Assembly: GCA_036172245.1 (NCBI GenBank)
Contig: JAYWIR010000038.1
Coordinates: 682,001 to 746,000 of the forward strand
Origin: Raillietiella orientalis
Taxonomy: Eukaryota
Direction of reading: 5' to 3'
Length of the DNA: 64,000 bases
Positions 12,363 through 26,158 of this stretch are shown piece by piece. The position numbers were made by a program, and so were the translations under genes. The first letter of the stretch is position 1. Each line of letters opens with the position of its first letter. Below the pieces are notes generated by a model. It was not told where the DNA came from and searched no databases. It saw nothing but the letters and a program-made list of their open reading frames with translations.

Positions 12363-12530
12363 CATGTTCTGATCGAGCAGTGTTACCACACCTTGGTGTG
12401 CTGCTCGAGGTGCGCTTTAAGCTTATTCTTTATCACACACGATTACAGTATGTTCCGCTCACGAAATGCCAGAGTACTCGTTTCGGTTTCATAGAAGGGA
12501 CTTCCAGCCTGCAAGCCGACTCCAAAGTGC
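12363..12530. repeat. Dispersed repeat, copy 2 (copy 1 at 10050-10208)
   Basis: Direct sequence similarity as above. Confidence 0.8.
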
Positions 12531-15500
12531 ATTGCTAAACCCCTTGGTTTTGAATGAATTATCACTGTCGGAATTTATCAATCACACCTTTCAACACTTC
12601 ATGAAAGGAACCTTAGCCTGAAATGTGCTTTCTTGTCAGTGTTTTGCTACCACTATCTCTATGTGATGTATCTAAAATCTTGTAAGAAAAATCACATGAA
12701 AAATTTAGGAAAGAACCAGAGGGTTAAGTCTCGATGAAATACTAAGCATTAAACAGCTTTGTGATTTACACTGGGAATTTGTCATTCACTGACGTAGGGA
12801 CTGAGTGATGAGATCCGTTGTTCACTTAAGCAGTGAAGAACTTGACCACAAGAAAAATTCATGGCACGTCTAGCACTTCTATTTCGTATTGCTTTTTTTT
12901 TTTGGCTATGCAGGCCTTGTACTCCATAATTGCTATACTAATGAGAAAAGTCTTACAGCAAGACTGACAAAGTGCTAAAAGTGATCTCAAAATAAGCTTG
13001 GCATTTTGCCTTGCTTCTAATTTTATGTAGGAAAACTTTGCACGCTCCAATTATTCCTAATTAAGTTTCAGTGGCTGTTACTTTTAACGACAAGAAAGCT
13101 GTTCTGAGTGATCATCCAAGCGCCAAATTACGTGTGCCAAAATCATATCAAGGCACAGTAGCCATCTCATGATGATGGCTTTCCTTGTCATCCACGTAAA
13201 TGTGCATATTCCACAGTTCATTCTGATCTGTGAACTATTCCACGAGTCGGTTTAAATGTTTTCTTCTTCTCATTATTTCGAACCATTCAAACCACGAAAA
13301 CTCCCTATCCGTACGAAAAGGACTCCATCCATAATGGAAAGTGCATCCGTGCTTACATCTCTCAAAGAAGTATGCCATGCGATATTTCCGATATGGCCGC
13401 ACGCATAGAAGGCCTGTGCAAGTTTCGAGCATGAGCCATAGAAGGTGTCTTTTCACGCTGATGGCGCGAAAACAGTCGAGGCTATGGAAGAACAGGAAGA
13501 GCGTGCAAACCGTAGGTTTCTGTTGCCAGCTGACGCCATTCGTTGGTGTCACGAGCACAGGAACCCGATCAAAGACCCAGGATAGCTATTGCTGGTCGTG
13601 CACGCATGTTCCACGTGAGTTACTATTTTGCGTGTATTCCTGGAACGGATGCAGGCGTGAGTTGCTGTTTCCTTTTATAAATCACACCCTTTATAACGAT
13701 GTTAGCAAAACGCTTCCATCGTATTATGCATGTGCCATTGCTTTGTTCCTGACGCATTACATGATGCATCTGAAGCGATCCGAAAACCTATCTTTAATCC
13801 TCCAGAATTAATTTACATGCTACCCTGAACCTGGAAAACAGAACCTGGAGAAAGCTGCTGAGAGGCATACTGCTCTTACAACGAAAGTGAAGTGACGCCT
13901 CGGGAAGCTCATCGAAAACTCTCGAGGTGGTCACCTCTCGTCTACAGTCCACTTTCTGGTTCCTTTGGCTACAAATGCATCTTGTGGGAATGCCCACCAG
14001 GTCATCACTGCGTCGATTATTCCCGCATCTCTGATGGTCGTCGTTCACTTCGTATTCCTGACGTTGACAGAGTGCTCGTTTCTTAGGTGGCTGCAAATGA
14101 TTTTGAGGGAAGAGGGTAGCCGTGCACAATGATTCACCTATTATTTGATGTTTTCATCAATTCCTACTAACCACCCTGAACGGCAGTGGCTGACTGATCC
14201 CCTCAAATAAAGACGTGCACATCAGCAAAAGCTATTGCTCCAAGCTGCAAAAAGCATTTTTCGGCATGGGGGAAAAAAAAATGGGGTCAGCAAGCCTTGA
14301 ACAGGATCGGTTCTGATGAGCTCCTCTTAACTTTCTGTGTTGTAATCTTACTGCTCATCGCAAAGGTTGTTTCTCTTCCTTATTCTGCCATGAATCTCCT
14401 GAGCACTGAATTTTGCTCAAGAGTTGTTTGGAAGCTTTTTCGTATCTTTTGATTCGAAATGTAGCCAAAGACTCCTTTGGACTTCGAATGCACCAAAGGA
14501 TAGCATAAAATTCAAGGCGGCAAAAGAAACTGCCCCTGCTCAATCTCTTTTACCGCTTTCATCTCAGCAATCTTTTGAAAATCTAAGAAAAAACGAAGAA
14601 GCGTAGAAGAAGGAACGTCTGACTTGCGTGCCAACCGCATGCCTATCGTTGTTGAGGTAAGTATTTATTTGCCCAAAACATTTAAAATGGCTAATTAATT
14701 TCCAGATTGCTGGTAATACAGGCCTTCGGAATACCAAGCACGAAAACAGCAATGCTTTTCTAATGATGACTGCTGGAGAAATTTCAGGAAACAGTGAGAT
14801 TTGAGGATGAAGGTTTGGGAGATCCAGGCACATCTGCTGCCGAAGACGATTCACGAGGATGTTTGGCTGTGGGAGTGACAAAAGGAGCTTGTCTGATTTT
14901 CGATTAGTCATCTCGGAAAAGCTGAGGCGCGACCTCCCAAATCCTAGAAGCTAGCATTTTAAACGCTGCTGAACACTGGATTACTAGGGTACAAGCTGAA
15001 ATGTATTAATCGGAAAAACAGTCAACAGTCAACATCCCAGCATGACCTTCCAGGATGACAAATGGAGGAACACTTCATTTAGTGTATTCTCGATGAGATC
15101 CTTGAAGGAAATAAGGAGAAGGAAACGATGTCTGAAATCGAAGTTCCTGCTTCTAACGATTACCAAGGAGTTAAAAAATTGAATTACAATTTCCAATCTT
15201 TCAGAATTTGTCAGCAAGGAATCCGGACGCAGCTGTAACCCTAGTGCTAACGAATCGGGAGCTGCCTGGGAATTCGTCTGCCAAACAACCTGGAACAACC
15301 ACTTCACGTAACCTCATCCTGCTGTTCTCTTGCAGCTATCGAATCTCATTCAGTGACCCAAACGGCATAAAGACTTCCTTTCGCAGATCTTCGAGATCCT
15401 CAGATATGTACCATGTTCTCCTATCTGCGCGGTGCTGAATTCCAGACCTCGTAAAGCACCTGATCAAATTCGAGGTCTTCTGACGGAATGCAAAAATTAG

Positions 15501-18102
15501 CGCTGTTGGTTCAGCTCTTGGGAAAGTCGATTTCCAAGTTGAACACACTGAGACCCATCGTGCTCTCGCTTAAATCTCGTTCTCATTATTTCTTACTACA
15601 CAGAAAATCGAAGAGGATCGTCAAAGATTTCGGATGACACAAACCCACTTTCCTTTACGAGAATTCAGGTACCCTGTCTGGGAGTCGCTGCAGGTTCTCC
15701 TGTGCTGACAACCAGCACTGCAGCTCCTAGCATTGGAGACCAGCCCGGAAAGGGGTGCATTTCTCTTTCTGAAACAAAAAAATCAAGGGAGCGATTCTTC
15801 CGGGAGCGAGGAAACACATTATGCAACTGTGGGTGCGCTATTCTTCTACCTTCTGATCGACAGAATAGAATTCTTATCGGCCCACTCCAAACAGTCGGCG
15901 TTACAATGAAGGCTTCGTCGTAATGGTATTTTCTGCCAGTCTTTTTTTTTTACAGCTTTCTGAGTTGAAATTCAACAGCTAAATCTTCTCGAGTGATTCC
16001 AACTAGAGCGGTCCATCCACGACCGAATGAATGGTTTCCGATACTCACGTGGAACGAAGGTTCACGCGAAGAACATGATAAAGGTTTTCATAAGAGAGAG
16101 GAAAGGTTTGAAATGAAAGGCAAAGGTTTTCTTAGACTCAGATTGCAGCGCTCGTTTGGGGGAAAACAGCGTTCCAACTGCAAACGCAGAAGGCAACTTT
16201 AGAATCCTCAGCTCTCCGCCTTCATGGTCAAATTTGCTGTTGCAAGTCTTCTTTTCATCATCTGCACGTCTTGGCCTTTTGAAGCTTTAAATGTCTCCTA
16301 AATTCACATCGAGACTTGAAGTGACTAGAGTTTGAGCCATTTCTCTTACTCTTCCTCAAAAGCCTTCGGCATGGAGTGTGCCAGTTATATTTACGATGCT
16401 TGTGTTACTGTGATCATAGAAGAGTTGTATAATTCATTACTAACGTTGTAGAGCCTCGATTTCTATTCTTACCTTCCACGGAACTGTCTGAAAGTCACAA
16501 AGCAAACTACCAGACACTCATCTGAGTTTTACCAAGCCATGGCAAAAAGGATCCCGTAGATGGTCTTGTTGTTAACATTGCTGGTTGTTAACTTTATCCT
16601 GGATGCACAGCGTGAATTCAAAGGAGCATCTTCATCTTTAGCAGCGAAAAATAGAAGAAAAATGATTGTGTTCCTGCCGTCTACCACCTGAGGATCCTCA
16701 AAACTCTTTACGATTCGTTCGGAAGAGCGAAAGGCACAGCATGGAGATGAATTAGGAAGAAAAAAAAGAATCACAAAGATCCAAAAATTTATTTACCAGC
16801 AAACAAGCAACACATATAATTGAATTGGTAAGGAAAAAATCGGCATTGCGAAAGCTAAACGGAGACGTCATGCAAAATTCTCTTTGTATTGACGCAACAT
16901 TTCAAATCAACTACAGCAAAAATAATTAGGAAGAAGAACTGGAGAACACCAGAAGAATTCCAATGGAAGAAACAAGGGTAATTGGAACTCCTTAACTTTG
17001 GAGTCCTATATTCGCTAATGGAGGGAATCTGGGAAAGTTCGGCTAAAGAACCATGAAGACAGGAAAGGCAGTAGTGCAGCTCACAGAAATCCGTCTTCGA
17101 AAAGAACAAAGCTTTGAGTGGAAAAAGAAGAAGAAAACAAATCCACGACAGGATTTCGTTCTAATGGGAACCCTCATTTTGATTCGGCTTTACTTATTCT
17201 GAAGGTATACAGAGCAAATACCATTTCAAGGAAGCAGTTTTCTAAATGGAGGGGGGAAAAAAAACGAAATGGGAAACAGGGAAGGCACATGGACATGGGA
17301 ATGCTTCTTGCAAAGTTCTCTTGATTGGAAAAAAATACAGCCAAGAAAAAAGAAAAGGTATCATTTGAGGAAATGTCTGAAACCTAGGAATCTCTTACGG
17401 CATACTGCAACCATGAAGAATTCCTATGATAATTTGATGCACTAACAGAACCTGCAGGATGCCAAACTCTTGATTCATGAAAAGCAGTCTTAAATATTCA
17501 AGCCAGTGAGAACTCTTCTGATGCAGCTATATAAACTTGGGCACATTGGAGCAGAGCTGATAAGAGCTTTGCCAATTTGAGTTAATGCGCTCATATGGAA
17601 AAGGGGGAAAAGCTTTCGCATGTTCAGACTTGATTTTGTTTCCAGAATCTCAAAAGAGCTTCCCTGAGAGTTGATCTGCGAGCGGATGGAAACGAGGCAC
17701 AGTTACTGCTTGATGCATAACGTGAAGTTTCTGAGAAAGGAGCAGTATTGTGTTTCTTCGCAATCACATCGAAATTTTGTGGCTCCCCTGTGAGGAAGAA
17801 AGAAGGCAGGAATGGGAAGCATCTGAGGGGTGTGGACAGCGCAAGAAAGTTCATCTTTGCAAGTGGGCGTGAGTGCTGCTAGCAGTTGTCATATGGTCCC
17901 AGCCAGGATCGTCTGGTAACACTGAACGAGCACGACGATCATTTCTAGCGAGTTCTTGAATCAGACACTCCCATCGCGGAAACTCTATTTTTAGGCCCGT
18001 CTCCAGGAAACAATCAACAATGCTCAGGCATTATATAAAGCCCGCCGTATTCAAACAATGCAGAAGTTAGAGGCACACTAAAGCAGGTTGTTGTTGCTGT
18101 TG

Positions 18103-18182
18103 TTGCGTGTCATCCTTGCTTAGGGGTCATGCTGATCTCTGTATCGTTCCAATTTTAGTGTATGCACAGCCGAAGCCTGTAC
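18103..18182 (-). pseudogene. U6: 3'-truncated U6 snRNA retrocopy
   Basis: Minus strand reads GTACAGGCTTCGGCTGTGCATACACTAAAATTGGAACGATACAGAGATCAGCATGACCCCTAAGCAAGGATGACACGCAA: U6 5' stem-loop, ACAGAGA box, AGC triad and ISL. It has a 3-nt deletion after ACAGAGA and lacks the 3' end and T-run. Confidence 0.9.
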
Positions 18183-21100
18183 TGTTGTAGGAAAAATGAA
18201 GGGAAGGAGGAGGAAAAAACACACACACATGGATGCAGAAATGGTTTTGGAAAAAAACTCCATTTGCACTTTGAGGACTCTTTTATGGGTAAGGCGCAGT
18301 CAATTGTACAAGTAGTGTAGTAAGCAGAGGCTGAAGATGTGATCTAAGACGCACCCCTGATTTTTTCAGCCACGACCATGGGAAAACGCAGAGCAAACTT
18401 TTTATAGGTACGTGGGTAACACTTCTGAACAACAGCATTAGCAATAAGATTCTTGTAGAAACTTCCCAATCCAGTTAGAATGAAGTTTCCTTAGAAGATA
18501 ACAGTAACAGAACAACCACGTAAATATAAATACATGCATGTGTATAGGGTTCTGGTTCGTTTCAAATTAATGACCAGGTCAACATTCTTCAAGGGGCATT
18601 TTCAAATGAGCTGTTCTAGGAGGTGCATGTGGATTTGAATCGAAACCCCAAGAAAAACTCATTTTTATGGAAGCCTCAGAAACGGTCTCAACGAAAATCC
18701 TGTCGAGTTACACCGAAGAAGCGCCTTTCATTCGAACTTTCATCGTAGACTCACTCTATTATCAGTAAGTGGTGCTCGCAGAGCGCCAGCGGCAACTAAT
18801 GACACAAGGTATCCCCGGTTTCAAATTTTTCAACCGTAGCTGTGGAGGCATCTCCGGTTTCAGCCCTCAAGCACGGAGCTTCCCGTGAAGGTGTGGAGAT
18901 GGGTTTTCGGATGAGGCGCGCCTCATGCATATAGGCAGCACGCGAGCCCGGGGGGGGGGGGGGCAAACGGGCATGCGCAAGTCCAAGTCGAGCTTGCTGC
19001 TCTTGATGCCTCCAAATCTGCATCCGAATTCGGGTGCACGAGAAAAGATGCGGGAAGACTTTGAAAGATGAATGCCTTGTGGTCGTCGAGTCGATACACT
19101 CCTGAGCGTCAACAGGAGCAAGGACGGAAAAATCCGGCTTTCTGTGTCAGGTGGATCGGTGCAGTAAGCAGAGTTTCCCAACTTTCAGGTCTTCCCAAAT
19201 AAATGAGTTGAACAGGACTGCTGTCACTGTAAGCGTGTACTTGGCAACCTTTGAAAGTGAAATTTTTAAAGCGCTGGGATCTGCAGATTTATTTCAGTTG
19301 GCTGCTCCCCAACGTCAATGTGTAGGAATTTCTAATGTTAGCTCATCGGATGTCTTACATAAAATTTCGTAATGTCCTTCTTAGGGAACGAGCAAAACGA
19401 ATCGTAAAAACAAAAAAAAAAAAGGAAAAATTAAAATTCTCCTTGAAGTGTCAGCTTAATGATACGCTCTTAAAATTCTTGGCTTAATTTCTCCATCCAT
19501 AGCCAATCAGCTATCGGCATCATTCGTTGTTTTTCTACAGAAAAGGAAAACATAAATTCACTCCAAAAAGAAAAATAGTTGTTATGAGTGTTGTCTTCAA
19601 TTCAAAGAAATAGTGATTCTTGCTGCCATATATCTTTTTAGTTGTTTTTGCATGCTTATTTTCTGGATGGAATAAGAAGTGATATGCAAGAGTTGACTTC
19701 AAGATTTCCACTTGGGCACACCTCCGAAATAATTAGGGGGCTTTGATGACTTCTAGTGAATTCGAAGCGAAAGAGTGATTTTCACCGCACAGGAATTTTT
19801 AATTGCTTCTTCAACGAGTAAAAGGAGTGGCTGTACAAAATCTGATTCTATTATGCACGGCTTTCCTTGATGCTGATTGGTTATATTGACTTCGAGCTTA
19901 CGTGTTCTCATTTATGTAGGTTTACTTTGCTTTTGACTATTTTGTACGCGATTTCAACTCTTCATGCACTGCTCTAGAGGTCAGTCGACTTCAACATGTA
20001 TTTTCTGAGAAATTGAAGATATAAAAAGGAACTTTGCGTTTCCGCAAAAACCATTTTCTCTTTCGGAGAAAAAAAAAAAAAAAAAAAATCAGATGTCATG
20101 CATGATCGTAATTTAGCAGCACACTCTATAAAACCAGGTTGCTCTCGCATTAAATCCAGCAGCGGAAATAATTGGTTAAATTCAAAATGGGATCTTCGTG
20201 GGATGAGCACTGAGCAACGTCCGAAGAGCAGCCATGTTGCTGAAGGTGAATCCAAACGTACCACGAGATTGCAAGTTTTGTTCCGGTATAATTTACCAAC
20301 TTTAAAAATCTGAGACAGTAAGTGCACATTATAGTAAAAAAAATTTGCACCCAAGAAAGCTCATTTCTTGGGTGCAGATGCCTCCACTGCACAAGTTTTC
20401 ATCGCCCCCTGCTACAGCATCAGCTGGAAGGAACGCTTTGAGGCTGACCACATTACTTTGGTATTCTATCAAACACAAGGCGTCTGAGAAGTGAGCAAAA
20501 ACACAGGAGAAGCGGGATTTCGATTCCCAGAATAATTTATGGCAACACCCTTGAGATGCAATGTTGAATTTCCTTCAACGTGACATCTTGGTCGTGGAAA
20601 CGACGTCTCCCTTCCCATGTGACACTTCCCACAATGGATAAACTTGCAGACACGCTCCTCTTATGAATTAGAGGGCTGTCCTTACGAGCTGAGCTGACAA
20701 GCACCTAACAGCGCTCAGATGTGGTCGTTATTGATCGTCCTCAAGTTCATTGGCACGGTTGCCTCGCTATTAGTTTTCTGATCCTTGCTCGTTGTAAACG
20801 CTGCAACTTCTTGTTGTGATCCTCAATTCACAGACCTACGATGCCACGGCATTATTCTCACTGTTCGGAGAATAACCCCATTAACTCGAATTGCAACCTA
20901 CTATCCGTGACCGCCTTGGAACCTTAGCAGAAGCTGTGTTGAATGGGAATATCACATCTGTTATCCCCTTAATTGTGATGACTCCCGTTGGCAGCACGCG
21001 TAAGCGAGGCTGAGATCCATTTATTCAGAAACAGGAAAATTTTAACTGCTTACCTGGATAGTTCACGCAGCTATTCTTGCAGTCTATTGCAAAAGTATAT

Positions 21101-23714
21101 TTTGTGTTCGGAATTCAGTCCCTTGTCTGGCAGTGAAACCAACATTCTACTCCAGATTGGATATAAGCTGGAATTAGAAGTCAGGATTGGTAGCTTTAAT
21201 AGAGTTCTCCATTGCTCTCTTCATCAATAATAAGCCTTCTATCTTTCAACTCAAGTTCACACGTTCCATGACGAAGTTCGGACATCATTCATTCTCGAAT
21301 AGCAATGTGCCTTCAAATCCTAGCTCCACAGAGGGTGTTCCTGCTTTTTTACAAAGGGACCGGGAAAGGATGCTCAAACTTTTCGTTCCCGTATCCGTAA
21401 TGAATAATGGGGACCATCGAATCAGATGAATTATTCAGAGACCCTAAATAAAAATGCCCTAGATAAAGAAGTCATTAGTTCCTGTTCCCACTTAAAACAA
21501 TTGCTCTTGGTAAACACCTTATGTTTTCGAGCTTTTTTCAGCTGCTGAACCTCTTTTGTTCACGGTTAGCAAGACATTTCACTTTCTTCCATATAGCAGA
21601 AGCCTAGTTGATGATGACGTCCAAATACTTTCCATTGACTTACCTGATCCTCTGAAGATTTTTCTGAGTCTTTTCCAAATGCTCTTAAAAGTTTTTGAGA
21701 ATCCTGCACTGTTCTTCTCTTAGAGTTCAACCAAACTAAACTTATGTTATCTTGGCAAGCATTGACATGATCCAACTAATGGACTGGATCCTCCCCCCTC
21801 TCCCTCCTCCCAGTTTTGCAAGGCACAAGAGCGAAAGTCTTGGCGAATTCTTGCATAAAGATAGTGTGATGTTTATTGCATTCCATTTCATAATGATGGA
21901 AGATTGCGATATCCTGTAAAGATAGACATAAATTATGTTTCTGTATCTTTCGATGGCTCATGAGTAAGGAATCCTGAAGACACAGTTAATTCGTCAGCTT
22001 CAAGAGAGAATGAAAATGTCGTGGTCAAAAGGAAAAAGAAAGAAAGAAGGGAAACATATTCAAGAAAATTCACGTCTTGGAATCTTGGAATCAGATGTTT
22101 TTCACTTTAGAACAGTTCAACAATCGTCCAGAAATTATCAGAGCTGGCAATGCAAGACGGAGTTTCTGTATCAGTAAGTCCTTAAACACAAAAAGGACTA
22201 TTCCTTACAAATTAGGAAACTTCTGGTTCCTAACTCCCCTGATTTTCTCAATTGTGGCTCTCTTCAGAGAGAAAACATTAGTAAAAGCAAGCTTTCCAAT
22301 CATTTACAACACCATGGAATTTTCACGTTAATGGTTGCAACAGATGTGAAACTTTGAAGCAATAACCGAAAAGTTTTCAAGACGTTAGGGATGTGTATGC
22401 GTATATCTCTAAACATTCAGAAGCACTTCGCCATTTTGACACAAGAGCTGTTGATCTGCAGGATGAAGTTTCAACAGCTTCAAAATGTAAACCTTGATAG
22501 TAATCCAAAAAAAACTCTTGCGATTTTAACCTTCCAGTTGTCTTCACTCTGCCCATCAGCAAGTAACGGGTTTCCTAGTTTCAAGGATAAAAAAGCAACA
22601 ACCAGATTAAGCAGTATTCCTTGGTCTCCACAGTTCTGTGAAGGTTCCAGGGATTTCAGCATAGCAAACCTTCTTGTTGCACGGAAGCAATAGATCGTTC
22701 GTTCAAGGCTGCCATTACTATAAAAGCGTGCTGAGAGAGTTTACTCTACTAGAACAGCATCTGATTTCTAAAATGGAGGAAGCAAATTCAAACTGAGCAA
22801 AAAGGATGAAATCATCAGATGGAAGGACAGTGGCAGATTTTTCTGAAAGCCAAGCTATCTAAATGAACTAAGTGAGGAAGGAGAACGGGAATCGAGAATC
22901 CATGGACGATATCTTCATTCGGCTGCTGGAAAAACAGAATTTTCATTATAAACATCTACTAAGCTTCTACTTATGGAGTTCAGGCACCAAGACTGATAAC
23001 ACAACCGAGAAGGAACAAAGTTGACTATGAAGTTAAGTGTTGGGACTGAGCCGTTATGTAGCACGAGAAGTTCTTATTCTTGCCAGAAAAAAAAATTTTT
23101 TTTTTTGCGCGTGTTTCAAGTTAGTATCTACAATACAATTGCAATTAATTTACTTAACTAATAAATAAGTGTATGCATTAGCTCTAAGGCATTTTTGTAA
23201 TTCGAAGATCCTTATGGACATTGGGTGTTGCATGAAGTACAATCAAAGCAATCCTCTTCACAGTAAACTAGTAGGAGCGAGTGCGAAAGATTTGAAATTG
23301 ACGAAATCATGCATTACTTGGAAATTTGTTTACTTAGAAATTTGTTTGCATGGGAATGATAATCGATCTGCTGGCAGTGTGCTGTTAATTGGTTAGTCAT
23401 GATATCTAAGCAGTGTCCCCAAACACGGTGGCTCAATGGATTGCTGTTCAAGTTTCATCAGTCAGGTTCGCAAAGAATTTCGTATAAATTTTAGCATTTT
23501 CGTTCATATTGAGTGTGTCATATGCACTGATTTTCCGGGATTGGGTTATGAATGTCGGAAATCTTTAAATACATACTAAAGCCTTAAAGTGAATATCTGT
23601 GTTTCTTAAAGAAAGTAACATGTTTTCAAGACATTCCATGGATAAGATATTTCACAAAGTCAACATGTAGCTATTATAGACAAACTTTCCATCCATTTAC
23701 CCACCTTGACTTTC

Positions 23715-24477
23715 ATGTATTTAGAAAGCATCCGACTATGCTCATTCACTGCTAATGCTGATTTGGAGCCTGCAGATTTTTTGTCTAACCGCAATCCTCG
23801 TAACCTAGAGCGACTGAGGATTGCAATGAAACCCAGAGGATTTCAGTTGGATGTCCCTACACGAGAATATTGGCATAAGTATGATTGGAAACATAAAAGC
23901 AACATACTCTAGAACCAAGTATTCAGAATTCATTTTAGAGTTACCCCCAAACATGTCTGTGGTTGGGTCCAACATAACAGTGGATTTACAGTTTTGAAGG
24001 CTTCCACTGTGGAGTGGTGCATCCAGAAATATTTGAAAAACACCCACAACATTTTTGCTGCAACTGTTATTGGTAGAATTCTAGGTAAACGATGCCTGAT
24101 GGCAGGGTTATCTGAAGTTCATGAAGATTTCTCTGAAGAACAAAAAAATGAAAGCAAAAAAGTGAGTGGATTGGTTGCTTTTTCTCCTAAATTTATTGCT
24201 TCAGTTACAATGCTTTCTGGAAGAATTGTCTATGGCAGGTGTTAAACTAAAAGAACCAGAGCGATTTTATCCTCCTCATCCATCCGATTTAGTCAGTCTT
24301 CCAAGTCCGTTTTCTGTCCTGGAAGAGGATGTTTCAGAGGATGCTAATGGTGTCAAGGAAGAAGATGTGAGCTACATATTCCGTGGCTACACAATTAATA
24401 ATCCAAAAAGACCGTGGGGTAAACCAAGAGCTAGGTTGTTAGATCAACTAAAGCCTCCATCACTGAAAATAAAATGA
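23715..24477 (+). CDS. MRPL18: Mitochondrial ribosomal protein L18 (uL18m). Exons ~23715-23878, 23927-24161, 24205-24477. Start codon uncertain.
   Basis: NRNPRNLERLRIAMKPRGFQLDVPTREYWHK / ..VQHNSG..VLKASTVEWCIQK..IGRILGKRCLMAG / ..GVKLKEPER match metazoan MRPL18 motifs. GT-AG introns of 48 and 43 nt restore the frame. Confidence 0.92.
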
Positions 24478-26158
24478 TCATCCTACACTGTGTGATTATT
24501 TGTAAGATGAAAAGGAAACTTGTCATGCTAACAATTTCTTGTTTTGACAAATCAAACTTTTGTCATGTGAAGCAGGCAATGTGATGTGTTAAATATGAAT
24601 ATTTCACATGTTCAGGAATGCTATAAATGCAGGGCAGTAAATTGAAAGCCGTGAACAGTTATGAAGTATTTGTTTAAATCCATGCTGAAGTTATGGAGAT
24701 TTAAGCTGTGACAAGAAAGTCCTACAAGTAGGATGCTATCTGCAATTTAGGATTTTCATAGAATAACCCTCAAAACCCTTCTTTACTGAAAGAAGCACCT
24801 GAGCAGTTATGCTCTGCATTGAAATTACGATACTCCAAGATGGTTCAGTATTCAGCTGCTTTATTCGTAGCACATATAGTATCTTGCACAATATACTTAT
24901 ACGATTCATGCCAAATGTCTGGTGAATGTTTAAATTCAGAAACTTCATGCATATATTTGTTTGAATGAAAGGTTCTCCAATGCTCTCAAAGTAATCAAAA
25001 CATTTACAAACAGGAGTATGCACATGCAATAGAATGGGACCAGTGGGGAAAAAGCCTTTCTTCTGCTTTAGAAAACTTGGAAATTGAAGACTGATTTGCT
25101 CCCATTGAAGTTATGTGTACAAAAGGGCCAGCCCATATAACTAATTTTTCAGTTGGAATAGTTGAAACATTCAGATTTTCCCTTCCCAAGAAGCATGCAT
25201 GATGCATATGTGGCCTGCAAAATGCTGATGTTGCTCCAAATTGAATTTTGCATGCAACATGTATTCAAGTGATGAAAGCCATGATTCTCACACAAATGCC
25301 TCTTTCCCAGCATGGGAAACTGTTTCTCAAAACTTTTTGAACAAAATCTCATCATCTAAGCTAATAATCTAAGATGTAACCATCATCAAATACAATCATC
25401 ACAGTCACTAAAGGTTTCAATCCTCAACATTGCTTGAAAATTGTTTATGTGCACTTCTGTAAATGTGTACATATAAAATGCCCGTATTCGTTTAGTTGTA
25501 CTACAACACTAAACATCGATGCATTTTGCAAAGTTAGTAACTTGGAACAATGTACAAATTGATAGGAATTTTGTCTTTAAATTTACGATATCTAAATTTG
25601 CCCATTCACTGCACAGCATTGCACGCAAGTTATACACTCCCTCTCAAAGATACCGGAATTGCTACAAATATGTTAATATAAATGAAGCCGCAAATGCATG
25701 GTATAATGGGAAATGAGAAAATGCGAGTGATCTTTTTGAATACAGATTTGCACTCCAGATGCATCAACAAAAAAATCGCTTGTTACATCAAAAAGTGTAA
25801 AAGGTCGACACCTAGGAAAACAGAAATCTTAAATGCTCTTATATTTTATTACAGCATTTGATTTAAGAAATAACTTTAGTCAAGTGACTGGTCAAATACC
25901 GCAAAAAATGTCAGACATTAAGAAATAGTGTTTGCTTCGTTCATATTACGAAAATAGTTATAATTATTTTTCGATTATCGCACGGTAAAGACATTTGTCT
26001 TTAGTGTGCGATATGATGGAACTTTTGCAAAATTCAACCAGAAAAGTCAGAATTTTTTTCTTGAGAATCGAAAAAAAAAAAAAACCCCTAAAAACTACAA
26101 TCACATCAGCAAAAATGAAATTATTTTAGAGGGAGAGTTCTCTTTTCAAAACAGGGAC

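Noticed and set aside
14310..14345. CTGATGAG hammerhead-like core (similar at 27346, 29883, 54303)
   Set aside because: No stem II plus GAAA partner or flanking helices found
18340..18375. TAAGACGCACCCCTGATTTT resembling a pogo/Tc2 subterminal motif
   Set aside because: Too short. No partner TIR or transposase.
23620..23724. Upstream ATG exon (MFSRHSMDKIFHK) or U12-type intron for MRPL18 (CCTTGAC branch-like)
   Set aside because: No phase-compatible GT donor or RTATCCTT site found, so the start is left uncertain
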